From the NCBI GenBank assembly GCA_048772705.1, contig JBLWGC010000169.1, positions 124,001-188,000 of the forward strand: a stretch of 64,000 bases of DNA, given 5' to 3'. This document shows, in pieces, positions 25,707-38,674 of the stretch. Within the stretch, counting starts at the first letter, position 1. The number at the start of each line of letters is the position of its first letter. A model generated the notes under the pieces. It searched no databases and was not told the origin of the DNA. It saw nothing but the letters and a program-made list of their open reading frames with translations. A program made the position numbers and the translations under genes. This DNA is from Leidyana gryllorum EB-2025a. Lineage: Eukaryota > Protista > Apicomplexa.

Positions 25707-26651
25707 ATGGCCACAGAACATACCAAGAAACCATGTCCGTGCCTCATCAAGGACATTCTATTCAAGGTACCCCGCCAGGGACGTATCGAAGTATTCGACG
25801 TACCTATTGAAGATGATACCCTACAACACACTAACAATAACATACACGTAACTCTCGCTCCAGTCAAAAGTATGTCCCGCAACTGGAGCGCCGAAGTTCT
25901 CACTGTCCCATTTGATCGCTGCCTCGACGACAAGGATGATTTCGAACAGTTGGGAAGAGCTCCAGAGACCTATAGAGGCCTCCGAGGCGCCGGCATCTGC
26001 CGCGCGAATCCCTCCTATCCAACTGCGGGTAAGGCTCCTCCATAGATGATGTGAGTAACCTCTGCCCCTGCGTGTTTCATATCCGTGAGGTCTGTGTGCG
26101 TGTGCCCTCGAGGCCGGCTAACAGTAAAACGCCGCATTGTCGTTGGCTCAGCTACCCAACGCTCAAGTTGTGCTGCACATGTCGTCATCTGTCCACAAAA
26201 GGACAGCTAGCGCCTCGCCTCTCCTTTGATGAAATCTCTGGATGTTCTTCGTCTTCGTTGTGGCCTGCTGCGACTGAGCATTGCAGGCTCTGCGGGGTCC
26301 AGTCCAACGGACTGCGCGCATCACCGGTGGATGAAGACCTTTGAAACTCTGAAAATGAAGTTCAAAAGCAGCGACAAGTATGTCAAGTGCCCAGACGTCA
26401 ATCATAGCGATATGCTTATTCGGCCGGCTGACAACACCCTCGCTGCGGACAAAACCGCTGCTGTCGGCGCCGTTAATCATGAGATGAATGCGGCTGGCCA
26501 AAAAGCCAATAATCCAAGATCGCCGCGGGACGCTAGTCGGGTGACCCAACGAAATGATGAGCGTTACCGACCGCCTGCAGCGCAAACAGTGCTTGCCAAG
26601 ACTCTTCACGTATTCAGAGAAGTTCATTCAAGCACATTTAGGGTCTTCTAG
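25707..26651 (+). CDS. Hypothetical protein, exon structure unresolved
   Basis: Successive + ORFs (MATEHTKKPCPC..., then 26051-26344 and 26226-26651) with intervening GT donors. No recognised domain. Confidence 0.35.
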
Positions 26652-26721
26652 GGCCTCGTTTCTATTTTTTGCCCTTTGTGTACCCCACACACACGTGTGT
26701 GGTGTCTCTACTGATTGATTG

Positions 26722-27767
26722 ATGCGCGTCTTAATTTGCAGCTATGTAGCTGTAATGTGCGTGAAGGCCGTCGCGCACGGCACTGAGTGTGAGTGAATCT
26801 TCAACCTCAATATTGTGAACAAGATTTATGACTGATTTCCAATTCCAACACTAGACTTTGACATGATCACATCGAATTTGACAAAAGCCTTCGGGACTGA
26901 GTCCGAAGAGTTCCTGCTCCTCTCAAGGATTCTCCGGCACCCCAACGTCACTAGCACAGCAGTTAGTCACTATTCATATCCAACGGCTCCGTATACCTTT
27001 GTCCTCCTGATCTCCAGGATATGGAAGATGGCGGTCTGATAGCACTGGCCTTGATGAATGCTCTCCAAGATCAGTTCCGTCAAGTTGTGCAGGATCTGCA
27101 TAAGTTTACGGGAGGCAGCGATTCTGCCCTTTCGTCTCCGTTTGGTCTGAACGGAATTTCCAAGGGTCGCCAATCCAAGTTTGGATTTCTGCAATCCACT
27201 GCCCTCCAGTCTGTCAACAATCAGGGAATTGACAAATTAGGCACTGATGGTGAGTTGAATTGATCGCGAGAATCAATCTTCGATCTCTGTCTGAAAACAG
27301 ATACTGCCTGCTCAACTCAAGCACAATGTGATTCCATTGCGAACCGAATGAATGTCTGCGCTTCCTTGCGCCAGGTGGCCACCTCCGCCTACAAGACTTT
27401 CAATGCCATGACGAACGTTATGGGCACCGTGTAAGTTTTGTCAATTCTGACATGGCAATGATGCCTTCAGGATGAATATTCTGTGTGTCTGTCTGTTCAT
27501 TGGGCCCGTGAAACGCTGCATCATGAAGGACTTCCCCTATACCTGCGTCTTCCCTTATCAGGTAGCGTTTTTGGGGGCGCGTGCCGCGAAATTGTTCGTT
27601 TACAACAGATCTATGCTCAATTCGTTACTCTCACTGGGAGCATTTGGGAAACGGTTAAGACGTGAGTGACTACTTCAATTCATCTTATTATTCAATAATC
27701 CCAAAGAATGAGTACGATGTGCTCTGCAATCGGCGATCCGATGTCTCAAGTGGCCCAACTGACATGA
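26722..27767 (+). CDS. Secreted Cys-rich protein, multi-exon
   Basis: Signal peptide MRVLICSYVAVMCVKAVAHG. Spliced C-terminus C..AQCDSIANRMNVC..NILCVCLFIGPVKRCIMKDFPYTCVFPYQ|IYAQF..WETVKT|MSTMCSAIGDP. Confidence 0.6.
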
Positions 27768-27795
27768 GTGGCAGTCAAAAAAAAGACCGCATGGA

Positions 27796-29154
27796 ATGAG
27801 ATTGGGAGTTTCGTCTGGGACAATCGATCGTTCTGTGGGCGCAGGATGGTTATACCACGTCACCAGCGCACTATTACAACAGCTGCCATATATAGCGCTC
27901 TATCCTGGCCATGAGCCGTCGTTTCGGAACATCAAATCCCGATCTCACAAGTACAAAAGGCCAAAAATCAAGGCTCCCCTCAAAGCTCTCTATAATGATT
28001 GGATCCGACATCTCAAAGAGATGAGGACTGATCGATATTCCACCATTGAGAGCGCTGTACTCTCCAAACGCGCCGGTTCCGTTTCGCACATTGTTCTCAA
28101 TGTTTTGGACACCCTACCCAGTTCCGCCTCCAGTTCGAAGGGTTGTTGGCGGCACTTTCCTCAGGATCTGAGTCAGCATATCTCTTCCTTTGTCAAACGG
28201 GCGGCTTGGAACGCCCTCAGTCACAACCACCAACAAATCCTCCAGTTGTTGGTCGCGGATCCGCAGGGCCTGTTGCCCCCACACGCTCTCGCACCTGCCG
28301 CCCGGGACGCCCTGAGAGAATGGATCACATCAATGACCGCATCTGGCGGCGATGCGAAGCTTCCCTTCCAGGCTGAAGAGACTTATGCGCTGTCAGAGAT
28401 TGCAGCCACTTTTTTGGGTGCAAATTGGCAGGAGAAAGCTGATCGGTTGGAGACAGATTTTCGACCCGAACAGATATTGAAAAAGGTGGAGACGACGCGC
28501 AAGAAATACCGACGGAAAGCTGTGAAACGGGGCCTCTCGAGGAGAGAGGCCTCAAAGTGGGCCCGGGCAAAGACAATTCAGAAAGTCACAGGCGACGATG
28601 GGGGTGACCAGGGTGGGAACGACTCTTCGTCAAACAGCGACGCAGCGGTGACTGTTAAGGAAGTGCCTCCGGCTTTCAGGGAATATAAGAGATATGCGAA
28701 CGGTGGACCCCCCTTTGCCAACGCGTTGATAGCTGCGGCCAGATCACTTTTGCGGAGCGTCCAGGGGTTGCAAGCCGGCAGAGTTCGGTTCCTCAGGAAC
28801 CAGAGTTGGAAGGAACTGACGGCAGCAGAAGCTGAGGTATACAAAGCACTGCTGAACTTCAACATCGCTGATACCTTGCGAGGGCTCGATGTCAAGTTGG
28901 CGCAGTTGGAGGCTTTGTTGGGCAACGGTTTGAATCAGGAGCTTTTGGTATACCTGAAACACTCGCCATCTGACGAAGCTGCAATTCGCGATTTCGCTTA
29001 TTTCCGGGAGAGGGAAGAGATGGCGAGGGAGAAAAAGATGCCCTCTTTACAGGAGGGCAGGCCAGTGGATATCTTTGCTCATGATGAGCGCGAGTATACC
29101 AGCACGATGCCGTCTTTCCTTTCGTTGGGCAGCCGGTCCGATGGGGATATATGA
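27796..29154 (+). CDS. Intronless hypothetical protein, 452 aa
   Basis: Long uninterrupted ORF of helical/basic composition with no recognised domain. Confidence 0.6.
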   Translation: MRLGVSSGTIDRSVGAGWLYHVTSALLQQLPYIALYPGHEPSFRNIKSRSHKYKRPKIKAPLKALYNDWIRHLKEMRTDRYSTIESAVLSKRAGSVSHIVLNVLDTLPSSASSSKGCWRHFPQDLSQHISSFVKRAAWNALSHNHQQILQLLVADPQGLLPPHALAPAARDALREWITSMTASGGDAKLPFQAEETYALSEIAATFLGANWQEKADRLETDFRPEQILKKVETTRKKYRRKAVKRGLSRREASKWARAKTIQKVTGDDGGDQGGNDSSSNSDAAVTVKEVPPAFREYKRYANGGPPFANALIAAARSLLRSVQGLQAGRVRFLRNQSWKELTAAEAEVYKALLNFNIADTLRGLDVKLAQLEALLGNGLNQELLVYLKHSPSDEAAIRDFAYFREREEMAREKKMPSLQEGRPVDIFAHDEREYTSTMPSFLSLGSRSDGDI

Positions 29155-29369
29155 ATATAGAGTGACTTTTTAAGCGATATATGGATAGAAAGATTGGAAC
29201 ACACGATCTGGAATGACACAAACACATATTGTTGATTGAACAGATGTGATGGACACACAGACGTTCGGTCCACATTCAGTCAGTTGACACAGCAGACGGA
29301 CGGGCGCGAGTGCTGCTGTATAGATGGATAAGTTATAATCATTACCTACAATAACAAATGGTCAACGAG

Positions 29370-32300
29370 TCATTGGAAGGACGCCCTAGTCTGAAACCTT
29401 CCCTTGTGGGCCGCCTTGGGCATTAGTAGATCTGAAACGAGTTTTCAGGGAGGGTGTTGTGTGTTTGAGTGTGCTTACTGTCTGAGCTAGCGGCGGCGGC
29501 TAAACGAGCGCGTTGCTGCCCGCGACGGAGCTCCTGGAGTCGTTTTCGCATCTGTGGGGTGGCAGAATCGGTGCGGTGATGGGAGTGAGGCTTACTATGC
29601 CGTCTCGGTACTCGGTTCGTGCACGCACCAAGTCCTTATAAAAGGTACCCAGAAACTTGAGCACTTCGAGGCCGTCGGCGACAGTCTGAGAGCGTTTGTT
29701 TTTCGCTCAAATGGAGAACCTTACCGATGCATTGGGGGCAAACAATCGAGCTTTGGTGATCAATGAGTCCTTGATTTGGTCATTACGTTGCCGGAAGTTG
29801 CTTAGTTGAGTAGCAGCCTCTGTTACCAGTCGAGTCATAACTTGAATGAAGCGATGCGTGTGGGAGTCTGTATGGTCAGTGACCTCGATACGGATTTTGC
29901 GGATCTGATCTTCGAGACAGGTGATTTGTTGAGCCGTTTCGTCAGGATTCATGGCTTGGATCTCTGTGATGCCGTCCATATTAGTGGTCAGAACAGTCCA
30001 GAACGGAGGATATTGAGCATCAATAGTCGCCGCAACAAATTTCAGAAAGTTGACACTGTTGTCGGTGGCAGTAACTTTCCTCAAAGCATCGACCGAGTTC
30101 AAGTTGAAGCCTTTGGCCCGCTTGTTAGTGTAATAGTTTATGTAATTCCCGAGACGCAAGCATAACGCCAGCAAAGCTCGCAGTGCAGGGGGCCGAGTGA
30201 GAACTCGTTCAATTCCACTCAAGACCTGCTCCTGACGCTCGAGACGCAACAGAATTCTCGCCTCCTCCGGCTTGTAATTCACCAAGGCTCTACAGGCTTC
30301 TACCTTTGCTCTCAATCGAGGAATGTTGTTCCATTCCAGTAGAATCACCTCAGCCTGACCGGGAATGGCTCACGGGAACGGACAGGGGGGGAGGGAGGGG
30401 GAGGGGAAGCGGGACACACACACAGACACACACACGGAGACACGGAGACACACACACCGGCGAGCGAGTAAAATGGGGCAAATAGAGCTTTGGAACGCCC
30501 CGCTTGGCCCCGTCGACCACCACATAGCCCACAGAACGGTCAGTCTTACCCTGCTGAGGTCATCCTTGGGAGCGGCCGAGATTGTTTTTGTTTCTTCAAC
30601 TGTCGGCAAGAGCCCGAGGATTACCTCCAATGTGTTTGGGTCGAGTTTGCGTCCCTCGGTATTGTACTCTGCGGTTTCAGGCACTCCAAGATCCATATCG
30701 ACAAATGTACGCGTGATCAATTCCGCATCAGTGAAGACCCCGAGACCTTTCATGGAGATCTCGAGGTTCTGCAGTCTGCGCCCGTCTAAAACGCCTTTGG
30801 GCTTCGCCTTGGGGGAAGTCGCATCAGGGGTCCGACTCGTCTTGGGTGCTGTTTCGTCATCAAAGAACAGCTGAGTGACTTCAGAAAAGTCGGGTTCGAA
30901 TCGCGCAGGTACAAAATCCAACGTTTTGCCTCGCTCCCACGGAAAGATAAACTCGGCGTTGGCGCCCACGCATACCGAATTGCGTCGCAAATGACTCGAG
31001 CGAGACGGAGGAACTTCCAATGCCGAGGAGGTGCGACTATCCAGGAAACTCGGTCGTCGACTCGATCCACGCACTTGCAGCTGACCGCCAGGGTCGACAG
31101 CCACCTCTTTACACCCTTCTCTTACCTCGGCCAATGCTTCCTGTTGCTCCATCGCGAGGGCTGCCGGAGGCCAATTAGCCTCCTCTTCCAGCAAACCATC
31201 CCAAATAGTTCCCGGAATCTGCAATAATACAGCAGATATCAGACACAAAGACCGACGCATACCTTGGCTGGTGGGATTGGGTTCCACAGAACTTTCCGCG
31301 GGGTCAGTGTCGCAGGGGGTGGGGGTACGAAAGGATCTGGAGGAACTTCTTCCTTGGCGGCCGCACCTCCCTTCTTGCCAGGCGGAGGGGCCTTTTTGCC
31401 TTTCGCTGGTGGTGGTGCTTTCTTGCTCTTCGCAGGTGGTGGTGCTTTCTTCGCCTTGACTGGCGGCGGTTCTTTCTTGGCCTTCACTGGTGGCGGCGGT
31501 GGCGGGGGTTCCTTTGAGACAATCACCGTTGGAGACTCGGGGGCACACGGCGGCGAACAATCAGCCGTTGTCGCTGCCGTCGCCGCCAATCTTCCAGAAG
31601 GCGGCACCTCGGAACTTTCTGAAGCATTGACGGGCGCCGCCGTGTCCACAGTGGATGGTGTCGCAACCGATTCAATTTCTCCTGGACTACTCACACATTT
31701 TACTTCCAAAGTCGGTATGTTCAACACTTTGTCCGGCGAAGACGATATTGCTGATTACAGTGAAGAAGGGAAAGGAGACAAACATCAAAGTAATCAACAA
31801 CAAACTTATGATTGGCAGTGACAATGTGTGTGTCTGTAGTGTGCGACCGTGTGGGTCACACAGTCGCACGCCGCACACACACACACCCACACACTCACAC
31901 ACCCGCACGCCACACACTCGCACACACGCCCGCACGCCACACACTCACACACACACACATGGTGCCTCTGTTTCACACACAAATTACCAGACGATGTAGA
32001 CGTGTCATCATATCACAATGGCCGAGATGCTTACTGGTGAAGCCTGAATGCCCGCGAACGGGAACTCTCAAGGGCGGCTTTTGGACATCGAGAGTTGCTG
32101 ATGCGTGTCTTTGCCTCAGGGCAGGAGGGGCGATGCCGTGAACAGTTCTTTGGGGGAGGCCGAAGATGCGTCTAGCGCTCGGATCGTGGGGTGCGCGTAG
32201 CTCGGCGACCCATTCGTTAACGGCAAGGGAGACATCGAACGAAGTGGCGTCTTCGTTTGAGAAGCGTGCTAGTGTATTCTGCGAGGTGGCAGAGATAGAC

Positions 32301-33389
32301 CGCCCATGGGGTCTTGGTGGGCCAGCGAGGGCGACACGTCCAGAGGTGGTGAGTCTCAGGGCGGGCGAAGTCTGATTGGGGGAGAAGGGAGGAGAATTGT
32401 GAGGGGGCGTAGATGTTAGGATGCTCACCTACCATCGCCCAGGCCGGCTGTTCCTGTTGTATTTCAACTTTGACCGCGAGGGTTTTAGCTCTTCCAGATG
32501 GTCTCGATTTGGTAGCGATTGGAGGGGTGGGCGGGGGTGATATGTCTTGTTGTTCGGCGAGGTGTTCGATGTGTACTCCTCTGACTTGGGAGTACCTTTT
32601 GGTCTTGGCGATGACAGACTGAGGCTGAGAAAGGGTGGAATGAGTTTGTGAAAGTCTGGAGATAACGCGGTGGAGCCACTCTTCTTTGTTGGTCGAATTG
32701 TCGATCTCGAATGAGATCTCATCAAAGTCGGCGGTAGCGCGCCTGGGTTGACAGAGTCGTTCATTAGTCGTATTTGTTGGATCGCTTCGCATTCGGGGTT
32801 CCAGTGTGAGGGTGAGGAGAGCAGTCTCATCATCGGACGACGCCCAGCTGAGGAGCTGCGGCTTTGGCTGCGGCGGAGACGGCGGCGGATCTTTGTTTGG
32901 CTGTGGCGCGACGGAGACACGGGGTGGACTGAGAACAACGGTGGACTGTGCGGGGTCAGATCGGCGGTGCGACGGCCTTAGGGGCGGAAGCGCTGCGAAG
33001 GATGAAGAGGAGGACGACGAGGAGCGACCGCTCTCGCCCTCCGGCGGCAGGACCGCGGAGACGGCATCTCGGGGAGACGGCGTCAGAGACGGCGATGCAG
33101 CCGGGCGACGCAGTCGACGCCGGGGAGAGAAAGGCAACTCGGTACTCCGGGCGTGGGTCAAAGGAGACAACTCGTTGATACGCTCACACGGGCGCCGCGC
33201 AGTCCGGGTTGTCGCCGGGTATACTGACAGAAATGAAGAGGGATCCAAGACTCGGCGACCCGTTGATGCGGTCGTGGATGGTGTTACCACACCATTCTCA
33301 GTTTTACCATTGGCCGTTCCCAACCTTAACGCGGGGACCTTCGGCGGTGGCACGGCTGTCGAGGACGAACTGAAATTTAAACGCCCCAT
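29370..33389 (-). CDS. Formin (FH1-FH2), multi-exon
   Basis: Polyproline FH1 (KEPPPPPPP, KKAPPPAK repeats). FH2 motifs RKVLWNPI|PGTIW, VLDGRRLQNLEISMK and LRLGNYIN..AKGFNLNSVDAL. Long disordered N-terminus. Confidence 0.85.
31825..31980. repeat. CA-rich tract in formin intron
   Basis: cacacac, cacgcc and cactca runs. Confidence 0.8.
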
Positions 33390-33924
33390 TCAACTCCCTC
33401 TCTTTATTTAGAAACTCTTCTCTCATATATATATACATAAATCCGCCGGCGACCCAGAAAAGCAGAGACCAATGGACAGTAGTGAGTCAGAAGACCACCG
33501 CCCCAGCAGCAGCCACTCCTCTTCCTGCCATATCAGCCCTGTCGCAACACAAGAGTGGAGCGATCATGATGCCTGCTGCCACAAAACCTGCTTACCCAGA
33601 CTCCATACTACTCGAAACCCTCCACAACTACAAATAGACCCAATCAGGTCAGCCGTCAATCACTCACTCGCAATCACCCACCCCCCACAGAAGATCTGCC
33701 AGAATCGCTGCCGCTGCTGCCGCCGCTCTTGACCGCTGCACTCTTTTGCGCGATGAAATTCGCATAATGCATTGTGCAACCCCACTCATGCGTCATGCTT
33801 GCCAATTATCTCACTGCACAGCTTGGTGTGAGCGGTGCGTACACACGCCACACAATCTTATCGCTTGAGAGTGGCTTATTGCTCGCTCACCGCTCCCAAT
33901 CGTCCGTCCCTCTCCCCGCGCGCG

Positions 33925-35953
33925 ATGGCGAGCCTGATCCTATCCCAGGATTGGCGGGCAGTTGTCGCACTCACAGAGTCTATCATTGGTGTGACGAGGC
34001 TTCTATTTCCTTGCAGTGCTATGTATTGCCCTTGTCGCGATTGCCTTTACGCATATCATCACCACGGATTGTTCCCTAAGTGAGTCCTGTCGTATTGGGA
34101 CTGGACAGAATGTGTCTTTTTGAGCAGTGGTGGTTGGCCTCACCTCATACTCGAGCAACCAGCGGTTGTCGCTAAGCCGAACTATCATACCTCCTCCTCT
34201 CACTCCTCATCCAGTTCGTCATACAGCTATTACGAGGACTCGCAGAGCAACAGCAACTCTTCTGGAACCAGCAGCGGGGAACACTCAAGCAGCAATCGCG
34301 CCGTCTCCGTGAGCGACCATGACAGAGACAACGAAGCCGTCGCCACCGCCACCCCCGAGGAACTGTCAACAGCGGAAACCGCCTATATGGTTGCCAGACT
34401 GCTGCGATTTGTCCCGCAGGCCACAGTACCCGACGCTCTCCAGTGAGACACACTGTACTCCCAGCCTATGTCGCAATTGTCGTGCACAGAGCGTTACGCA
34501 TGTCCGATAACGACTTGCACAGTGCAGTTCGGTACCTTGTGGATGCGATGGTGGATCGCACAGCGCGTGTGAGCTAGACTGCACTGGCATTGACTTTCAT
34601 TTGACCGCTCAGCGCAGAGAGGCGAGACGCCTCGCTCAGGGCAGCATCGGCGACATCTTCCCTCACAGCGCCTTCGACGGAACTCAAAGCTCAGCTACAG
34701 CCAACGAGTCGGCAACGGGTACAAATGCGCTCCCTTGGGTCAGCTACTCAGACATGCTCGCTGGAGTTGGAAGCCAACAACCCCCTCCGATATCGCCGCT
34801 CATTTCATTCCTCGAGAACCAGGCCAAACCCTCTGGACGCCGAAAAGCACTTCTGATCGGCATCAGCTATTTGGGCACCAGTCACCAATTGAAAGGACCC
34901 CTGGAGGACGCAAGACGTCTCAAGGCGCTCTTGACACGAGTATACGCGTTCCCGGATCATCCGACCTCATTACTGGAACTGACTGAAAGCGCCGAGGATG
35001 CAATTTATCGCCCGACTCGGGCGAATATCCTCAAGGTATTTGCGCAACCGACTGCACAGTGCACATTTCGTGTGCATCACACTCTCACACTGCATCGTGC
35101 ACGAGCACTATTCAAGTCTACGCACCACACTTTGCACTATGCACCGGTTGGACAGCTGCTTCCTCTATGTGTTTCTGATGCGATCGATATTACTGTGGTA
35201 CAGGCGATGCAATGGCTGACGCAAAATGCGTCGCCAGGCGATGTGCTGTTTTTTCATTATTCGGGCCATGGTGGGCAACTGCCTGCCTTAGAAGGCGATG
35301 AGTATGAGAGCGACGGGCTGGATGAGACCATCCTGCCTCTAGATTACGAAACCGCAGGAATGTTGCGGGACGATGACTTGAATGCACATTTAGTACAGAA
35401 AGTACCTCGGGGGGCGAAGCTGATTGCCATTCTTGACTCTTGCCACAGTGGCACCGGACTCGATCTGCCACATGTCTGGGACCAATATACACACCAATGG
35501 AGACGGGAACGGGCTAAGTATCAGCCACCCGCCGATATCACTTTGCTGGCAGGATGCAGAGCCGATCAGACGTCAGCGGATGTCAAGTTTGGATCTGGAT
35601 ACAATGCCCAGGCTGGAGGAGCCATGACTTTAGCTTTCCTATCTGCAATTTGCGCCCGACCTTTCCGCCAAACGTTCAAAAGTTTGCTTTCCCAAATGAT
35701 GGCCAGTCTTCGTAGCAGAGGATTTCGACAAACTGTGCAACTGAGCAGTTCCTTTCCCTTCCCCATCGACCGCCGGTTCGGGTAAGTCAGTCAGTCAGTC
35801 AGTCAGTCAGTCCGTCCCTCAGTCAGCCAGTCACTCACTACTAACTCACACTCACTCAGTCACCACATTGCCTCCCTTGACTGTCTGATCTCCCACAATC
35901 GCTCTGTCTTATGTTTTCCCACTGTCAGCTTTGATGATATTCTGCTGCGATGA
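33925..35953 (+). CDS. Type I-like metacaspase (peptidase C14), multi-exon; may start upstream at 33472
   Basis: RRKALLIGISY, PTRANILK|AMQWL, FFHYSGHG (catalytic His), DGLDETILPLD, ILDSCHSGTGLDLP (catalytic Cys) and CRADQTSAD. Confidence 0.9.
35785..35860. repeat. (CAGT)n microsatellite, intronic; a similar (GACT)n lies at 36834-36880
   Basis: gtcagtcagtcagt... run immediately after the gtaagt donor. Confidence 0.85.
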
Positions 35954-36129
35954 TGCATGTTTTGTTCGCACAACCGATTATTATTCCCTAATGGTCGTCC
36001 CCGCCCCACCCAGCAGCCTCCAGGGGCACCGCTGTAGCGGCTGCGAATTATTTTAGACAGAACATTATTTTGCAAATCGACTGTAAGAATCGGGTGTAAA
36101 GAAATTCCACGAGTAGTAGATAGAGCGCA

Positions 36130-36492
36130 ATGAAGCTGGTGCGATTTTTGATGCGTCTGGCGAATGAGTCGGTGGTCATCGAACTCAAGAATGGTACCGT
36201 TGTTCAAGGCACAGTCGTTGGAGTGGACATTTCTATGAATACCCACTTGAAGAGTGTCAAGATGACGGTCAAAGGACGAAACCCCGTCAGCGTGGACCAT
36301 CTCACTATCCGAGGCGCCACCATCCGCCATTGGATCCTCTCAGACTCCATTCCTCTCGACACCTTCCTGATCGACGATACTCCCAAGGAAAGGCCGCCCA
36401 GAGAAGGTAGAGGAATGGGAAGAGCCGCCCGTGGAGGTCGAGGTATGCGAGGTGGACGAGGCATGCGCGGCCGTGGTGGAATGAGACGTTAA
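36130..36492 (+). CDS. SNRPD1: Small nuclear ribonucleoprotein Sm D1
   Basis: [54 protein letters not shown] followed by an RG-rich tail. Confidence 0.97.
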   Translation: MKLVRFLMRLANESVVIELKNGTVVQGTVVGVDISMNTHLKSVKMTVKGRNPVSVDHLTIRGATIRHWILSDSIPLDTFLIDDTPKERPPREGRGMGRAARGGRGMRGGRGMRGRGGMRR

Positions 36493-37025
36493 GGGGACGA
36501 CCAGCAGCAAGAAACAAGAAGCTGTGTAGTGTTACCAGCCTAGCGAGCGTATCAACATGACAGCAAGAGGGATAGCGGCCATAAATTGCGGAGCTGGCCG
36601 GCCCATCTGCCTCAGGCCCAATAATCACTCAGCCTGCCCCGTCCTGTCATTATCCCGGATTGCTGCTGACTGACTACCTGTCTGCCCTCAATAATAATTC
36701 GCCACAGGGCTCTTGGTGCCCACCAGGAGCCAGCCAGTTTCGATTCCGAGGCTAGGAAGAAGGTCTGTGTACATCAGTAAATGTGTATGTACCACCCGTG
36801 TTGGTTGTGCTTGGTTTGATGATCGAGGAACGACTAACTGACTGATTGACGGACTGACTGACTGACTGACTGACTGACTGTACGAACGAATGTATCGCCG
36901 ATACTCAATTGCTGAAAGACATCAACGAAGTGTTCAAGTACTGTGCGGATGCCATGTCTCCGTGTTCGCACACACAAAGTGTGTGCAGATGGTAAAGTAG
37001 CGCTAAATGATAAAAAGTACATTGG

Positions 37026-38631
37026 TCACTGCCGATTGGTGATTCTATTGAGGCACCGGAGTCGGAGTGACCTTCTGTTGACTGTATCATCCCTATAGAA
37101 GACGTGTCTGAATCTGCGATCCTTGTGGATCCAAAGGAGATAGACGGGAGCCGCTGTAGATAACAAACTGAGGCCCGTGATGACCACATCAATCTCCCAG
37201 AACGAATGCCCTTTGTCAGAAACGATTAGTAGCGGATATAAAAGGAGCACAAAGGCCCCCGTCAACCACTGGGCAACGCCCGCCACCTTTATATTGATGG
37301 GTGTGTCATAGACGGCTTGAGCAGCAGCAAACGGGAACAGTCCAATGGCAGCCAGATAGATCCAATGCAATAAAAGTGATACCAGCGCAGCCGGTAGATT
37401 GTCCACAATCAAGTTTGTCAACGAATGAGTCATGGCCACGAGACTCAGTCCTATGGCTATCACGAAAGGCCCGAAGCGGTCGAACAAATGACCAATCAAC
37501 AAGGCTGGGAGACACGATAACGGCAGTGCCAGCTGAAAAGCAAACTGCAATGGCGGATGACGCTCGCGAGATGTCGAGGCAAACCACATCGTTCGGAAGC
37601 CTATGACCAGCATATACGCCAGAAACGGCCACATCCGGAACGACGCAGCCGACGCTAAGCAGTCACGCCACAGCCGCTCATCAGTTGTCACTCGAAGATA
37701 CCGATATGGCAGCAAACAAGGAGTCGGCACGTGCGCCAGTCCACCACCACCGGGCTCCAAGATGGCAACACCCCCTCCTCCGACGACGCCAGCATCATAT
37801 TGGTGGCGCTTTGTAGCCACACCCCCTGCGTGGTGCCGAACCCATATCGTCCGAGGGAGCATTAGCAATGCCGAGAAAGCAGCTATTGCCACGAAGGCTG
37901 CGTAGATTTCGCATCCAGTTGAGATGTTCAAAGGGCGTTGCTCCTTGTGAAAGTGACCCAATGCCAGAATCGGCGCTGTGCCCAAAACACGACAACCCCA
38001 AATAATCGATCCCAACTTGCCTCGTCCAGAATGAAACAAATGTGTGATCTGATGAAATAACCCACTCAAAAGCAGCCAACACACACAATATCAGCACACA
38101 CAAACAAGACGTTGAGCACATTTGACGCACCTGATGGAGACCTCCGTGAGCCAAATCGCCCCCCATAGCGATCAGCATACACGCGAGACCGGCTAAATGG
38201 GTGCTGTGGTTGACGGTCGCTCCTAACAAGAGCAGACCCACAACGCGACACAGCAATCCCAGTGCCACCGCTGTACGCGGTCCCAGTACACTGCTGAGTC
38301 CGCCAGCCATAAAGTTCACCAACGCCCCCAACGTGAGTGTCAAATACACTGCGCGTCGTTGGGATCCGCACGTTCCAACCAATACATCGCGCCATGGTAC
38401 CTCGTCCTCACAGAGCGCTGTAAACGACTTTCGAGACAACAACAACTCCGAAACTCGACCCCACAGCAAGTAGTACGGAGCCGAGAAGATGGCTATTCCA
38501 CAGGCAGCGCCGAACAGTATCCAACGGGACTCAGGAAAGTCACGACGCACCGCCGACGGCGGCCGTTGGGGGGTGTGCGCTAGCGGCCTATGCACTTCAC
38601 ACTGAACTCCAGAACGAGAAGGCCAATCCAC
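37026..38631 (-). CDS. MFS transporter, ApiAT/SLC43 (LAT3)-like amino-acid transporter
   Basis: RWILF..W..LL..K.F..LC..CGSQ..V..L N-terminal pattern, GHLFDRFG loop and ~12 hydrophobic helices. One intron near 38070-38130. The start codon is uncertain. Confidence 0.7.
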
Positions 38632-38674
38632 TTCCTGTCTCGCAAAGACAAATCAAGTCCACATTCCTCACCAA

